A stretch of DNA of 63,765 bases, filler included, from Octopus bimaculoides (taxonomy: Eukaryota): assembly GCF_001194135.2 (NCBI RefSeq). It is 8 parts of 7 records of this genome, joined end to end, with 100 filler letters (N's around TTAATTAATTAA, not from the genome) between each part and the next. Parts side by side here need not be neighbours in the genome. Positions count along the whole stretch, not along the records: positions 1 to 19,423 come from NC_068984.1; positions 19,524 to 39,738 come from NC_068995.1; 6 more parts are not named here. The stretch is one strand, 5' to 3'. This document shows, one piece after another, positions 13,451 through 25,650 of this stretch. Within the stretch, counting starts at the first letter, position 1, and the number at the start of each line of letters is the position of its first letter. A model generated the notes under the pieces. That model worked only from the letters and a program-made list of their open reading frames with translations, was not told where the DNA came from and made no database searches. The position numbers and the translations under genes were made by a program.

Positions 13451-13999
13451 TATACGTTCGCTCGTTACTTTCCTCTCCTTTAACACGTTGTAATTTCTCA
13501 CAAATTTACATCACTTGCTATTATTTTTCTCATACCATAGAAAACACAAAACAAAAGCAAAAAGAAAAAAAAACAAAAGTAAAAACAATCTACAACAAAA
13601 TAAATGTATTAATTTATGTGTTCTCACACGGTCATGTGAGCCGTATTTCGGCAGGTCATATTTAAAGAGTTGTTAGCCCGACAGGCTATTTTCATATCCC
13701 TTGTCAGGCTCTGATGGTTTCCGCCTCTCTTACAGAAACTTCAAGATTCCTGTTCGTGACATATGACATGTTAAAATGTTCTACTGAAAAAAAGCAGAGC
13801 CAATTCTTCAATTCATTGACTTTAATGACTTTATATCCAAGAGTTCCTAAATGAAAAATTCTCTCCGACGCAACCAGATTGGTTTTGAAGGAGGATGAAT
13901 GAAATAAAGAATGTCGTTTATGGCGAAATTACTAACCGAAGATGAATAAATGTATTGTGCCAAAAATATTGTCTTGATAAGTTTTATTGATTTTTAATC

Positions 14000-14189
14000 T
14001 TTTACTTGTTTCAGTCATTTGACTGCGGCCATGCTGGAGCACCGCCTTTGGTCGAGCAAATCAACCCCTGGACTTACTCTTTGTAAACCTAGTGCTTATT
14101 CTATCGGTCTCTTTTGCCGAACTGCTACGTTACGGGGACATAAACACACCGGCATCAGTTGTCAAGCAATGCTAGGGGGACAAACACAG

Positions 14190-14190
<1 letters not shown>
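14000..14190 (+). mobile_element. Repeat family B
   Basis: TTTTACTTGTTTCAGTCATTTGACTGCGGCCATGCTGGAGCACCGCC..GTTACGGGGAC..GTTGTCAAGC. The strand label only denotes orientation relative to other copies. Confidence 0.85.
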
Positions 14191-14224
<34 letters not shown>

Positions 14225-14293
14225 CACATATCGCCCCTTGTGGATAGTAAAGAAATAACACACACATATATATATATATATATATACATATAT

Positions 14294-14458
14294 ACGACGG
14301 GCTTCTTTCAGTTTCCGTCTACCAAATCCACTCACAATGCTTTGGTCGGCCCGAGGCTATAGTAGAAGACATTTGCCCAAGATGCCACGCAGTGGGACTG
14401 AACCCGGAACCATGTGGTTGGTAAGCAGGCTACTTACCACACAGCCACTTCTGCGCCT
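14294..14458 (-). mobile_element. tRNA-derived SINE, family C
   Basis: Reverse complement AGGCGCAGAAGTGGCTGTGTGGTAAGTAGC..GGTTCCGGGTTCAGTCCC..GCATCTTGGGCAAATG..GAAACTGAAAGAAGCCCGTCG. Confidence 0.9.
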
Positions 14459-14745
14459 TGATTTTTGATCAGTGGGTGGTGGTGCAGAAGTAGGTATACA
14501 GTAAATATCACATCAATGTTATAATAGTTAATTCATTAAAATCATTAGCACATTTAATTAGTCAACCTCATTTTTGTTATTTTCAATGTCATTAATCATA
14601 ATAATATATTTATCATAACTATAATAATACTTTTATCGCAACTTTTAATTATTTTAATTATTTTAATTATGTGTATTGTACGTATTTTCTCTTTTCATAA
14701 CTGTAAACTTACTTTTGCATTACTCTGTATATTTCCTGCAAAAAA

Positions 14746-14964
14746 AGGCGACGAACAGACAGAATCGTTTGGCGCACTGAACAAGATGCTTAGCGGCATT
14801 TCGCCTGTCTTTACGTTCTGAGTTCAAATTTCGCTGGGGTCGACTTTGCCTTTCATCCTTTCGTGTTTCACGAAATAAGTACCAGTTGAACACTGGGGTC
14901 GATGTAATCGGCTTAATCCCTCTCCCCTGAATTTGCTGGACTTGTGCCAAAATTTGAAGCCAAT
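14746..14964 (+). mobile_element. SINE family A
   Basis: TACGTTCTGAGTTCAAATTTCG..GTCGACTTTGCCTTTCATCCTTTCG..AAGTACCAG..ACTGGGGTCGATGTAATCG. Confidence 0.9.
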
Positions 14965-15050
14965 ATATTTTCCAGCAAAGAGAGAGAGTGTGTGTGTGAG
15001 AGAGATTGTGTATGTGTGTGAGAGAGAGAGAGTGTGTGTGTGTGAGAGAG

Positions 15051-15115
<65 letters not shown>

Positions 15116-16040
15116 GTATGTGTGTGTGTGTGTGAGTGAGAGAGAGGCGGGAAGGGTTGATAATAGTTGCTAATTAGACTTCTGAAAACAGACATTTTGT
15201 TAAAGGCGTTCATATCATGGCCGTCTTGTCCTTTCTTCAGATGTGATGTATATAGAAATTGAAATAAATCTTCATAATTTATATGATGGCAAACAGAAAA
15301 TTGTGCCATTCATCCTTCGTGAATGAAAATATTCATGATATTAAAGGGAAACTACTTCAACTGGCTTTAAAACTGTTTCGTATTCTAGATTACCTGAGCG
15401 TTCTTTTCTCCTCAAAGTCGATCGCTAAGTAGCCGTACTATTATTTTGTCTGAACTGTTCAGACGAGGGTTTAAACGAACTGTTTCAATGTCGGTTCCCA
15501 GATGAGAAATACATTATCGTCACCATATATCTTGTTCTGCTCAGTGTAACGCTTTAATTTTGTTGTTCACAAACGCACAAACGAACCGTGGCGGCGAGAC
15601 GAAACTGAATCCTTGGATACGCACTCAGACAACACGAGCAAACAACAACAGTTTCACGCGGTCAGTCTGTTAGGTAATCAATCAACGCCAATTCATTGCA
15701 TGATTCCATCTTCTAGAATCTTCCAGTGCCTTATTAAAAGCTGCTTTTGGTGGTAATTGATTGCAAAATGTTGAGGTAGTCCAACTAGGTGTGTCTCCAT
15801 TCTTGTCACACCAGACGGCACACGTAGACGGTTTAGACTGATGACGAAGACCCTCCATCGCCACTAATATAGCACAATTGCTTCCAGTTATGTTGGGCAA
15901 ACTGCATGTTACTGTATCAGTAGTTTTCCGTAAACTTCAAGAGCTCCCAGTATGTAATTATCGCTGCCGTTATCCGTAAAAGACCAACGCAATTTAATGT
16001 CTTGTCTCGTTTTAGTGTTTCTCTTGTCTTCTCCCTCTTG

Positions 16041-16076
<36 letters not shown>

Positions 16077-16318
16077 TGTGTTTGTTTGTATGTGTGTTTG
16101 TTTATGTGTATTTGTGTACCTGTGTGTGTGTGTGTGTGTTTGTGTGTATGACAAAACTTTTCTCTATATGTATTAAAAGTAAAGTGCTTGTGTCAATTGA
16201 TTTCAATTAAAAAAATTGTAATATTTCTCTCTCCATCCCTTTAATTAATTATTGCTATAAGCGAGGGTATACTACTGTGCATGCGTCTGTATGTGTGTGC
16301 ATGTAAGTCCCCACTTAC

Positions 16319-16502
16319 AAATATTACTGCCATCAAAATGGGTTCAATGTCCATTTAGTCGTGCCAAATCGCTAGTGTCCGAACAGCAGCGCCCTGTCGT
16401 CTCATTTTGTGACGAATTTCGCGATGTTCAATTGTGAGAGGCATTCAAGTTCGATCTCAAGGTTGACGGTAAGTCCATCGCACCGTTCCCAGAATTTGGT
16501 TT
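16319..16502 (-). other. Candidate exon of an unidentified minus-strand transcript
   Basis: Bounded by ATTGTTTGTTCAG (acceptor) and GTAAGT (donor) in unique CpG-containing sequence. Contains a frame TKFWERCDGLTVNLEIELECLSQLNIAKFVTK* and an ATG frame MDIEPILMAVIF ending in phase 0 at the donor. No homology recognised. Confidence 0.3.
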
Positions 16503-16559
16503 CTGAACAAACAATGACTCATGTGCAATGCCTTTCCTCCACAATAAAACAGTGAAAAA

Positions 16560-16600
<41 letters not shown>

Positions 16601-16662
16601 TTATAAAATCGTGCTTCCTGTATACATTGCAAATTTAATAAATATAAAATATTAAATATTAA

Positions 16663-17080
16663 AGGCGGCGAGCTGGCAGAAACGTTAGCACGTCGGTCGA
16701 AATGCTTAGCAGTGTTTCGCCTGCCGTTACGTTCTGAGTTCAAATTCCGCCGTGGTCGACTTTGCCTGTCATCCTTTCGGTGTCGATAAATTAAGTACCA
16801 GTTACGTACTGGGGTCGGTGTAATCGACTCAATCCGTTTGTCTGTCCTTGTCTGTCCCCTCTATGTTTAGCCCCTTGTGGGCAATAAATAAATGAGAAAC
16901 GTTAGCACGCCGGGCGAGATGCTTAGTGGTATTTCGTCTGTCTTTACGTTCTGAGTTCAAATTCGACTTTGCCTTTCCTCCTTTCGGGGTTGATAAATTA
17001 AGTGCCAGTTGTGTACTGGGATCGATCTAATCGGCTGGCCACCTCCCTCAAAATTTTGGGTCTTGTGCCTAGAGTATAAA
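16663..17080 (+). mobile_element. Two head-to-tail SINE family A copies with different 3' tails
   Basis: The copy at 16663-16893 ends GGGCAATAAATAAAT. The second, 5'-truncated copy starts GAGAAACGTTAGCACG and ends CTTGTGCCTAGAGTAT. Confidence 0.9.
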
Positions 17081-17454
17081 AAAATAAATATAAAATTATT
17101 TTGATTTTCACTGCATTTCTCTTAAATCTCTGCAGACCATTCCTATTAGCCTTTGTAGTAGAAGCAGTGATTCCATCTTAAAATTCCATCGTCGGACAAT
17201 ATTCATAAACAGTTTGATGTATGTTAAGACTCAAAGACAAGGAAAAATATCACCACCAACAAAAACAACAACAACGACTGTCAAGAACTATAACAACCAT
17301 AATAATGATGATATTAAAAACAAGAAGAAAAAAAAGCAGTTCCAAGAAGTAGTCAACGAAGCAGTAGATAAGGATTTTGGTTTTACCATCTGCCACGTGA
17401 AGGCGTCAATTTCGAATTGAGTCCAGCGTTTTCAGAAACCTTGACAACGATACG

Positions 17455-17482
17455 GATAGATAGATAGGTAGATAGAGAGGGC

Positions 17483-17528
<46 letters not shown>

Positions 17529-17730
17529 GATATTTATAGATAGAGATTTATAGATAAATAGGTAGATAGATAGAGAGAGCGAGGGAGAGAGAGAAAGAGA
17601 GAGAGGGCGAGGGAGAGAGAGAAAGAGAGAGAGATTCATAGATAGATAGGTAGATAGAGAGTGAGAGGGAGACAGAGAGAAAGAAGGAGAGAGAGATTTA
17701 TAGACAGATGGATAGCAAGAGAGTGAGAGA

Positions 17731-17786
<56 letters not shown>
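17455..17786. repeat. (GA)n/(GATA)n compound microsatellite
   Basis: Direct reading. Confidence 0.95.
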
Positions 17787-17789
<3 letters not shown>

Positions 17790-18174
17790 AAGGATGAAGA
17801 AAAGGGAGCAGAATGGAAAAAAAAAGGCAAAAGCGAAAAGGAAGAAGACGAAACGAAACGGATGAAGGAAAATGAATTCAACGGATGAGGGATGAACGGG
17901 AAAAACTGAGGGAAAAAGGAAAAAAAGGAAAAAAAGGAAAAGAAATGTATAATGTCTTAAAAGATTTGATAAAGGATAAAAATAGATAATGAAAAACGGT
18001 AGTGAAGAAATATTACCTTCTAAAGATCATCTGATGGAAAGAACGCCAACATTTCACGCTTGGTTACCTCTTGTCTCCGTCAACTATGGACCACCGTATG
18101 TTCATCATGGTTAAGACATACCGTTTTCTCTCACCAAAAACCCGCGTCTTTCCAATGAATTTTGTTTTTTTTCT

Positions 18175-18283
18175 TCTTGCTTTTGTTTCTGCTGCTACTG
18201 CTTCTGCTGCTGCTGCTGCCGTTGCTGTTGCCGCTGCTGTTACTGCTGCTGTTGCTCATTATGATGATGATGATGATGATGAA

Positions 18284-18326
<43 letters not shown>

Positions 18327-18385
18327 TTGCTGATACCGCTGCTACTACCGGTCTTCCACTTATTCTTGCTGTTGATAATGCTGCA

Positions 18386-18469
<84 letters not shown>

Positions 18470-18549
18470 TTGATGATGATGATGATGATGATCATCATCA
18501 TCATCGTCGTCGTTGTCGTCATCATCATCATCCTCATCATCATTATAAC

Positions 18550-18593
<44 letters not shown>
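18175..18593. repeat. Compound trinucleotide tract (GCT)(GAT)(TTA)(GAT)(CAT)(TTA)
   Basis: Direct reading. It is the source of the poly-A/D/I/M ORFs in several frames. Confidence 0.95.
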
Positions 18594-19230
18594 TGCAGTG
18601 TGGAGTCGGTGATTCCCAGGAGAGTTTGCACACAAAACCTATCAGTAAAACGATATTTATTAGCAGCTGAGTGTTGTAACACACGGAGTTTCCTTAAATG
18701 ACAGTACATCAGGTGCTGTAGACCATAACGCACTGGGGTGTAGGGGCGGGACCGGTGCCATAGTGCCATTCAACCAAATGAGTTCCTTGTTTTCAATTTC
18801 GTTTAAGAACCATTTTCACATACGTCATCTGATACCCAAGGGAAAGGCATGAACTCCGCAAAATCTGCCATTTTCAAAATGTCTGCTAACTTGATAATCT
18901 GTGATTTTTCTTTTTCAGATTCTGGGACTCAAGAAAGCGCCCTAATTATATCATTGTAAAAAACAAATTGGTTTAGTACATAAAATATTAGACTCTCTAC
19001 TCAGATGTTTTGGGATCGAATTTGATTGCAAACGCTTCGTTGCATTTCTAGGTAGGTTGATATAGTTGTATAAGGCTGGCCGGATCATCTAACCTCGAAC
19101 AAACCGGCAAACGATTGGAGCGGTATACATCCTTCACTTAGCTTTCTTCTTCATCACCATTATTACCGTCAGCAGCAACAGTAGAAATAATACAGCACAA
19201 CTACCAGAACATGTATATATNNNNNNNNNN

Positions 19231-19269
<39 letters not shown>

Positions 19270-19328
19270 TTGCTGATACCGCTGCTACTACCGGTCTTCC
19301 ACTTATTCTTGCTGTTGATAATGCTGCA

Positions 19329-19412
<84 letters not shown>

Positions 19413-19540
19413 TTGATGATGATNNNNNNNNNNNNNNNNNNNNNNNNNNNNNNNNNNNNNNNNNNNNTTAATTAATTAANNNNNNNNNNNNNNNNNNNNN
19501 NNNNNNNNNNNNNNNNNNNNNNNTGCCTGTTGTTTCTGTG

Positions 19541-19573
<33 letters not shown>

Positions 19574-19575
19574 TG

Positions 19576-19790
19576 TAAGGCGGTGAGCTGACAGAATCGT
19601 TAGCACGCTGGAAGAAGGGTGTAGCGGTGTTTCGCCCGTCACTACATTCTGAGTTCAAGTTCGTGAGGGCTACTTTACCTATCATTCTTTCTGAGTCAAT
19701 AAAATAAGTATCAGTTAAACACTAGAATCGATTACATCGACTCATCGTCACTTCCCCCAAACTTCCCTTATGGCAAAAATTTGAAGTAAT
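19576..19790 (+). mobile_element. SINE family A between (TTA)n tracts
   Basis: AAGGCGGTGAGCTGACAGAATCGTTAGCACG..TTCTGAGTTCAAG, flanked by TTA/ATT repeats. Confidence 0.85.
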
Positions 19791-19850
19791 AATAATAATT
19801 ATTATTATTATCATTATTATTATTATTATTATTACTGTTATTATTATTAC

Positions 19851-19902
<52 letters not shown>

Positions 19903-19951
19903 TGCAGCAGCAACAGCATCATCCTCATCATCAGCAGCAGCAGCAGTAGTG

Positions 19952-19994
<43 letters not shown>

Positions 19995-20011
19995 CATTGC
20001 AGTAGTGGTAA

Positions 20012-20071
<60 letters not shown>

Positions 20072-20085
20072 CAGAAGCAGCATTA
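19790..20085. repeat. (ATT)n then (AGT)n microsatellites
   Basis: Direct reading. Confidence 0.95.
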
Positions 20086-21553
20086 CAGTACTCATATATA
20101 TATTGATATCTTCTATTGTTATTTCACGTATTACACACATTACGTAACGTATGTCCGCATAGAAAGGAAAGCGTACATTTTTAATTTCAACCATTGAAAA
20201 TTCGAATATAATATACAATATTAAAATCGAAGAAATGCATTAGCGTGAACGGCACAAATTACAAGACATATTTATGAGAGTCAACTTCACTTAGTGTCAA
20301 TATTTCCAGCAAATCTAATGTTCCGAGACGTGTTTTATTGATTAAGACACTAGTTAGCTGGCGGTTTTATACATACAGATCTAGTTTTGTGAAGTACTTA
20401 CACCGAGAATAGATTTGTTCCCATGTGTTTCCTAAATTAAAACGACTTGTCTTTATTATGTAAAATAAATGGAATTTATGAAGACACCGGATCGAGTGTA
20501 AATTCTGTGATATTGTATCATTAAATGTGAGGTGTATTATTCAAGGAAATACTTGGCTATATATTGTAACGACCAAACAGACTGTAAATGCGACCTGGTG
20601 ACCATCTCAATAACCATTAATTTTAGAGCAATTTATATACACTAACACATATTTTATAAACACTCACACACATACACACACACACACACACACACTATTT
20701 ATATATATATAGATATATATACATACATACATGTATGTATNNNNNNNNNNNNNNNNNNNNNNNNNNNNNNNNNNNNNNNNNNNNNNNNNNNNNNNNNNNN
20801 NNNNNNNNNNNNNNNNNNNNNNNNNNNNNNNNNNNNNNNNNNNNNNNNNNNNNNNNNNNNNNNNNNNNNNNNNNNNNNNNNNNNNNNNNNNNNNNNNNNN
20901 NNNNNNNNNNNNNNNNNNNNNNNNNNNNNNNNNNNNNNNNNNNNNNNNNNNNNNNNNNNNNNNNNNNNNNNNNNNNNNNNNNNNNNNNNNNNNNNNNNNN
21001 NNNNNNNNNNNNNNNNNNNNNNNNNNNNNNNNNNNNNNNNNNNNNNNNNNNNNNNNNNNNNNNNNNNNNNNNNNNNNNNNNNNNNNNNNNNNNNNNNNNN
21101 NNNNNNNNNNNNNNNNNNNNNNNNNNNNNNNNNNNNNNNNNNNNNNNNNNNNNNNNNNNNNNNNNNNNNNNNNNNNNNNNNNNNNNNNNNNNNNNNNNNN
21201 NNNNNNNNNNNNNNNNNNNNNNNNNNNNNNNNNNNNNNNNNNNNNNNNNNNNNNNNNNNNNNNNNNNNNNNNNNNNNNNNNNNNNNNNNNNNNNNNNNNN
21301 NNNNNNNNNNNNNNNNNNNNNNNNNNNNNNNNNNNNNNNNNNNNNNNNNNNNNNNNNNNNNNNNNNNNNNNNNNNNNNNNNNNNNNNNNNNNNNNNNNNN
21401 NNNNNNNNNNNNNNNNNNNNNNNNNNNNNNNNNNNNNNNNNNNNNNNNNNNNNNNNNNNNNNNNNNNNNNNNNNNNNNNNNNNNNNNNACACACACACAC
21501 ACACACGTTATATATATATATATATATATATCTATATATATATAGAGAGAGAG

Positions 21554-21600
<47 letters not shown>

Positions 21601-22659
21601 CATATAATTATTTTTATATCAAGTTACATATATATAAAATTACCATTAAACTGGAGGATTACTCTATATTTTAGAAGAGTTCATGATTAGTAAACTTGTA
21701 CAAAGAATAGGTTGATTGTGTTTTCGAAGATTCTGTTCGTTCTTCTTCGTCAGGCATCGTACTTTGTATATGTGTGTGTGTGTATGTTCGTCTATATCTC
21801 TAGAATGTATATGTATATATGTTCGTATATCTCTAGAATGTATATGTATGTATGTTTGTATTATAAAGACATACGAAATGGCGTTGAATGAAATATTGCT
21901 GCGTACATACGGACATTTAAAATTTGCGTTTAGTTAGACGTGGGAAAATATTTGCGAGATACTATTCCCCTGGTAGACAATATACATGATATTACATCAT
22001 TGAGCTATGAATGACATCATAGGCAGTGGAACGCGCGTTCCTTTTCGTTACGTTTCATCAGCTATGTATATACACACACACACACACATATATTATATAT
22101 ATANNNNNNNNNNNNNNNNNNNNNNNNNNNNNNNNNNNNNNNNNNNNNNNNNNNNNNNNNNNNNNNNNNNNNNNNNNNNNNNNNNNNNNNNNNNNNNNNN
22201 NNNNNNNATATATATAGTGACGGTAATCAACGGATCGATGCCAGTTGGTATCATTAGACTGTAGACGGCGTCATAAAATAGGGGCCTTTATATGCATATC
22301 AAAAACGTTTCCCGTAAACGAATTTAAAGGATATATATATAATCATTCACAGTCCAATGCACATCTTGTCTGCTCCTATGTGAGAGAAAATAAATTAAGA
22401 AACAGCACACAGGATCAATGGAAGGTGAATGTGAAAGGTGGAATGAAGAAAAGCCAAACGAATAACAATGGAATGGTAAGCAGGGAAATTGTGAAGGAGA
22501 CAAATGAAGAGTTGCGCCCCTTTGTCCACTTAAATCAGAAATAACATGGTCGGTGTTCCTATCAGGATTAAATTTGCAATCGTAAATTCAAAAAGGCGTG
22601 TTCCAAAGGTTGTGATACTGCATACTTAACTCAGAGAGAATTTCAAAAAGAAAAAAAAA

Positions 22660-23080
22660 ATGTCCATATGTTTGTATTAAATAAAGTTTCAGGTCTGGAA
22701 AGCAATAGGCCTCTTGAGATTCGGAAGCGTGCCTTCAGCGATCTGACGCAAGTGAAGACTAATTCGCTCCATTCTCGTGGCCTTATTACCTTGCATGAGC
22801 TCATGACGGCGCATCATCTTGTAAGAGTTGGCCCTGACATCCTCGATACGTCGATGTTCAGCTTATTGTTTGTGGAAGCCAGTTTTCTGGCGGTACAATG
22901 TGGATTTCGCTGTGTCCTTTCTCTATTACTTTTGATAAGCTGAGGGGTTCGCACACCTCTTTTTCTATCACGTCTCGGTCGGTCAGTGGTGGAACCAGTC
23001 TCTTGAAATTTCTAAGGAATTTTCAAAACTGTTCGGTTTATTTGAAGCTTTTTTGATATAGCTATATTACCTCACTTCTT
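22660..23080 (-). mobile_element. Tc1/mariner (maT/DD37D-like) transposase N-terminal relic
   Basis: Minus strand reads KFQETGSTTDRPRRDRKRGVRTPQLIKSNRERTQRNPHCTARKLAS, then after a frameshift SYKMMRRHELMQGNKATRMERISLHLRQIAEGTLPNL. This is the HTH/GRPR-like region leading toward the first catalytic D. Confidence 0.75.
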
Positions 23081-23344
23081 TTGTGGAGGGTTATGATTGT
23101 GTTTCAGTCTATAGCCATTATCTAATTTATAAATCTGATTTTATTTAGCCTGAAAACACACTAAGCTTTTATAATGATGTGTAATTTTTATATCTTATAT
23201 TTAGTGATAGTTATTAAAGCCCGGAAGTTAAGTATTAGGGGCTTTCATAATAAACATGCGTGTCTTAAATTTGGTTTTGATTTTAAATAAAATATAATAA
23301 ACTAACCAGTTGAACCAGTTTTTATACATTATCGGTCCTATATA

Positions 23345-23694
23345 TGATGTTTAGCCTACAAGAGAAATACGCTGAAATGTCCTGGGTGGCTTGCCAGCTT
23401 TGCTAGGAAACATAATGTATTTAGACTTCTTAAATACGTTGATGTAACCCCGTTGACTAATCTTTTGTTATTAATCCTATATTATATATACTGTCAATTA
23501 TGCCCTTTCTACTAATTCTCTCCGCACATTTTTATTGGTTACCTCATGGCCTTGTAACTTTTGAAGATTAAATGAAAATGGTAGCGTCCTGTAATATTAC
23601 AAGAGACGACTGAACTGACGGCAATAAAGCTATTTCAAGATGTTATTGCTTCGTCTACCGTGGCGGATATCAAGTCATTAAAATTATTCTTTCA
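23345..23694 (+). mobile_element. Possible solo-LTR-like repeat
   Basis: TG...CA-bounded ~350 bp with AATAAA near the 3' end. No target-site duplication seen and no second copy in the window. Confidence 0.25.
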
Positions 23695-24429
23695 TAAACT
23701 GAAATAAAGTTCAGCTCAGTGACTAGCATCGTGTCATTTATCCTAGAATCGTATAATATACTCTCATATTTGAATATTCTATTAATAAAATTTGCATGTA
23801 TTTATATAAATGCAGACCACTCCTACACAACTTCTCACAAATTCATTAACATAAATGAATATCTATAACATATATTCCTCAACAAGTAACTGAATAAACA
23901 TTTTTACCTAAAAATCGTGATTACAGTTTTATTCCCACCGCATGAATGTCTCTTGCTATTGCATCAACTAAAGCAAGTAAAAAAAACAAACTGGCATTGC
24001 TTTGGAATCAATTGTACGAAAACCAGTTGCACTTCAAATTTCCAGGGTGAATCAATTTATCCAATATTCAGTTTTATACACCAATACCACACAATTAAAT
24101 ACATTTAACGGAGACGAATCAATTGCAAATACTTGAGACAAATCTATATGAAAATGATAATTCGATATTTTGATGTCTTCAGATTAACACGTAAATGAAC
24201 ACAGAAATATGATTACGCATATAGACACACGCATACATACATACATACATAGATACATACATGCATACATACATACAAATATACATACATACATACATAC
24301 ATACATACATACATACATCAAACCGGAGCTATGTGTTGCGGATCACGACAGAAGGACAAAATACTACTGGTGTGGTGTTGAAAACCAGTTAAGGCCTTTC
24401 TATTCCCTACAGAAAACAGGAAAGTGAAG

Positions 24430-25650
24430 GCATCCCATACCACCCAACACCATAGTCTCCAAGCAGTGTACAGCAGTGTACAGTAGTAGCAGTAGCTGCA
24501 GCAATGAAGAGAACAAAAATAACGGCAGCGACCTCAACATCAACAATAGTAGTAATACGAAGAACTTCTGCTGTAACAGTAACAACAACTACGTAAGCGA
24601 CAGCAAGACTAACCGGAACAAAGACGGAACTACCTACAAAACTTTCCTATATAATTCTTTCATTTTTACCTTGTTTACTCCTCTATACACGCATACACAT
24701 GGACTCACAAAACTGAACTTCATCTCTAGCTGCATCTTTCCGATGGGGAAGGCAGATTTTGCGAGGAGAAAGTCAAATAAGAAAATTAAATGAGCACTAT
24801 GTAAATTTAGGTGATCCCTCTCTAAATGTACCAAATAGTAACGAACAGCATCAGTCCCCCGCACCCACAGCACCCACAGCATCCACAGAATCCTAGACAA
24901 CTCCACAAAAATGTCCGAAAACCAGCATCACCAACACACAACAGAAGCAAAAGAAGAAAAAAGTCAGATGCAACATAACCAGACACACACAAACACAACA
25001 ATACCAAAAAAATCCACACACCGCAAACATTGTGCTGAAAAGGAGCATGTATCAAAACAAATATGCTTCGCCACACAAAAAACAAAAAAACATTAACGCA
25101 GAGGAAGAAACTTGGGACCAGCATTCTCAATGTTTTATAGCATTGGAAAATGATAAATATGGACTTTGAGACTACCCCGCTGTTGTACTAAGCTCCGGCT
25201 AAATGGTTATCACTTGGATCACACAAGACTTCTCATAATTCCAGAGATAGATCACCCGGTCGAAGGGCCACCAAATGTCTAAGTAATCCGTTTCCATTTC
25301 TTCTTCGTTTCTATATTGTCCATCAAGATGACAGTTGTGGGAGTGCTCTGTATAATATCACGTGGCTTTGAGTCATCCTTGGAAGTAAAGTTGACTACTC
25401 AACTTAAGGTTTCAAGGTACGGACATTAAGTCTATAGCGCGACTAGAATTTTCATCGCAAGCAACATGTGAGAGTGCTGTGTATAATGCACATGACTTTG
25501 AGTCATCCTTGGAGGTAAAGTCGACTACTCAACTAGAGGTTTCAAGGTACGGATACTAAGTCCATAGCGAGACTAGAGTTTTCATCACAAGGAACTTAGC
25601 ACCAATTTGTAGAGGCAATTAGATCATTGAATCACTTACTTGGCCCGGAA
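24430..25650 (+). mobile_element. Probable upstream (ORF1 or inter-ORF) part of the same Tx1-like LINE
   Basis: A/C-rich low-complexity coding-like sequence immediately 5' of ORF2. Assigned by position only. Confidence 0.35.
25341..25595. repeat. Direct tandem duplication, ~130 bp unit
   Basis: GAGTGCT..CTTTGAGTCATCCTTGGA..GACTACTCAACT..GGTTTCAAGGTACGGA..GACTAGA..TTTTCATC starts at 25341 and again at 25472. Confidence 0.9.

Noticed and set aside
18071-18769. 199-212 aa ORFs with poly-Ala/Asp/Ile/Met/His/Asn
   Set aside because: Trinucleotide microsatellites are open in several frames on both strands, and there is no domain content.
19231-19423. Near-exact copy of the complex tract at about 18290-18480
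   Set aside because: It is bounded by gaps on both sides and essentially identical, so it is most likely an assembly overlap or haplotype duplicate.
19468-19479. TTAATTAATTAA islands inside gaps (also 39783, 42445, 49496, 54295, 57317, 61991)
   Set aside because: Each sits in the middle of a 100 bp N spacer (44 N either side where counted) and gives stops in all six frames. This is an artificial scaffold-join marker, so adjacency across these points is not base-level evidence.
22012-22075. Minus-strand CTGATGA..GAAA with CATAG/CTATG and palindrome GGAACGCGCGTTCC (second hammerhead?)
   Set aside because: There is no base-paired stem II and no UH triplet directly after stem III.
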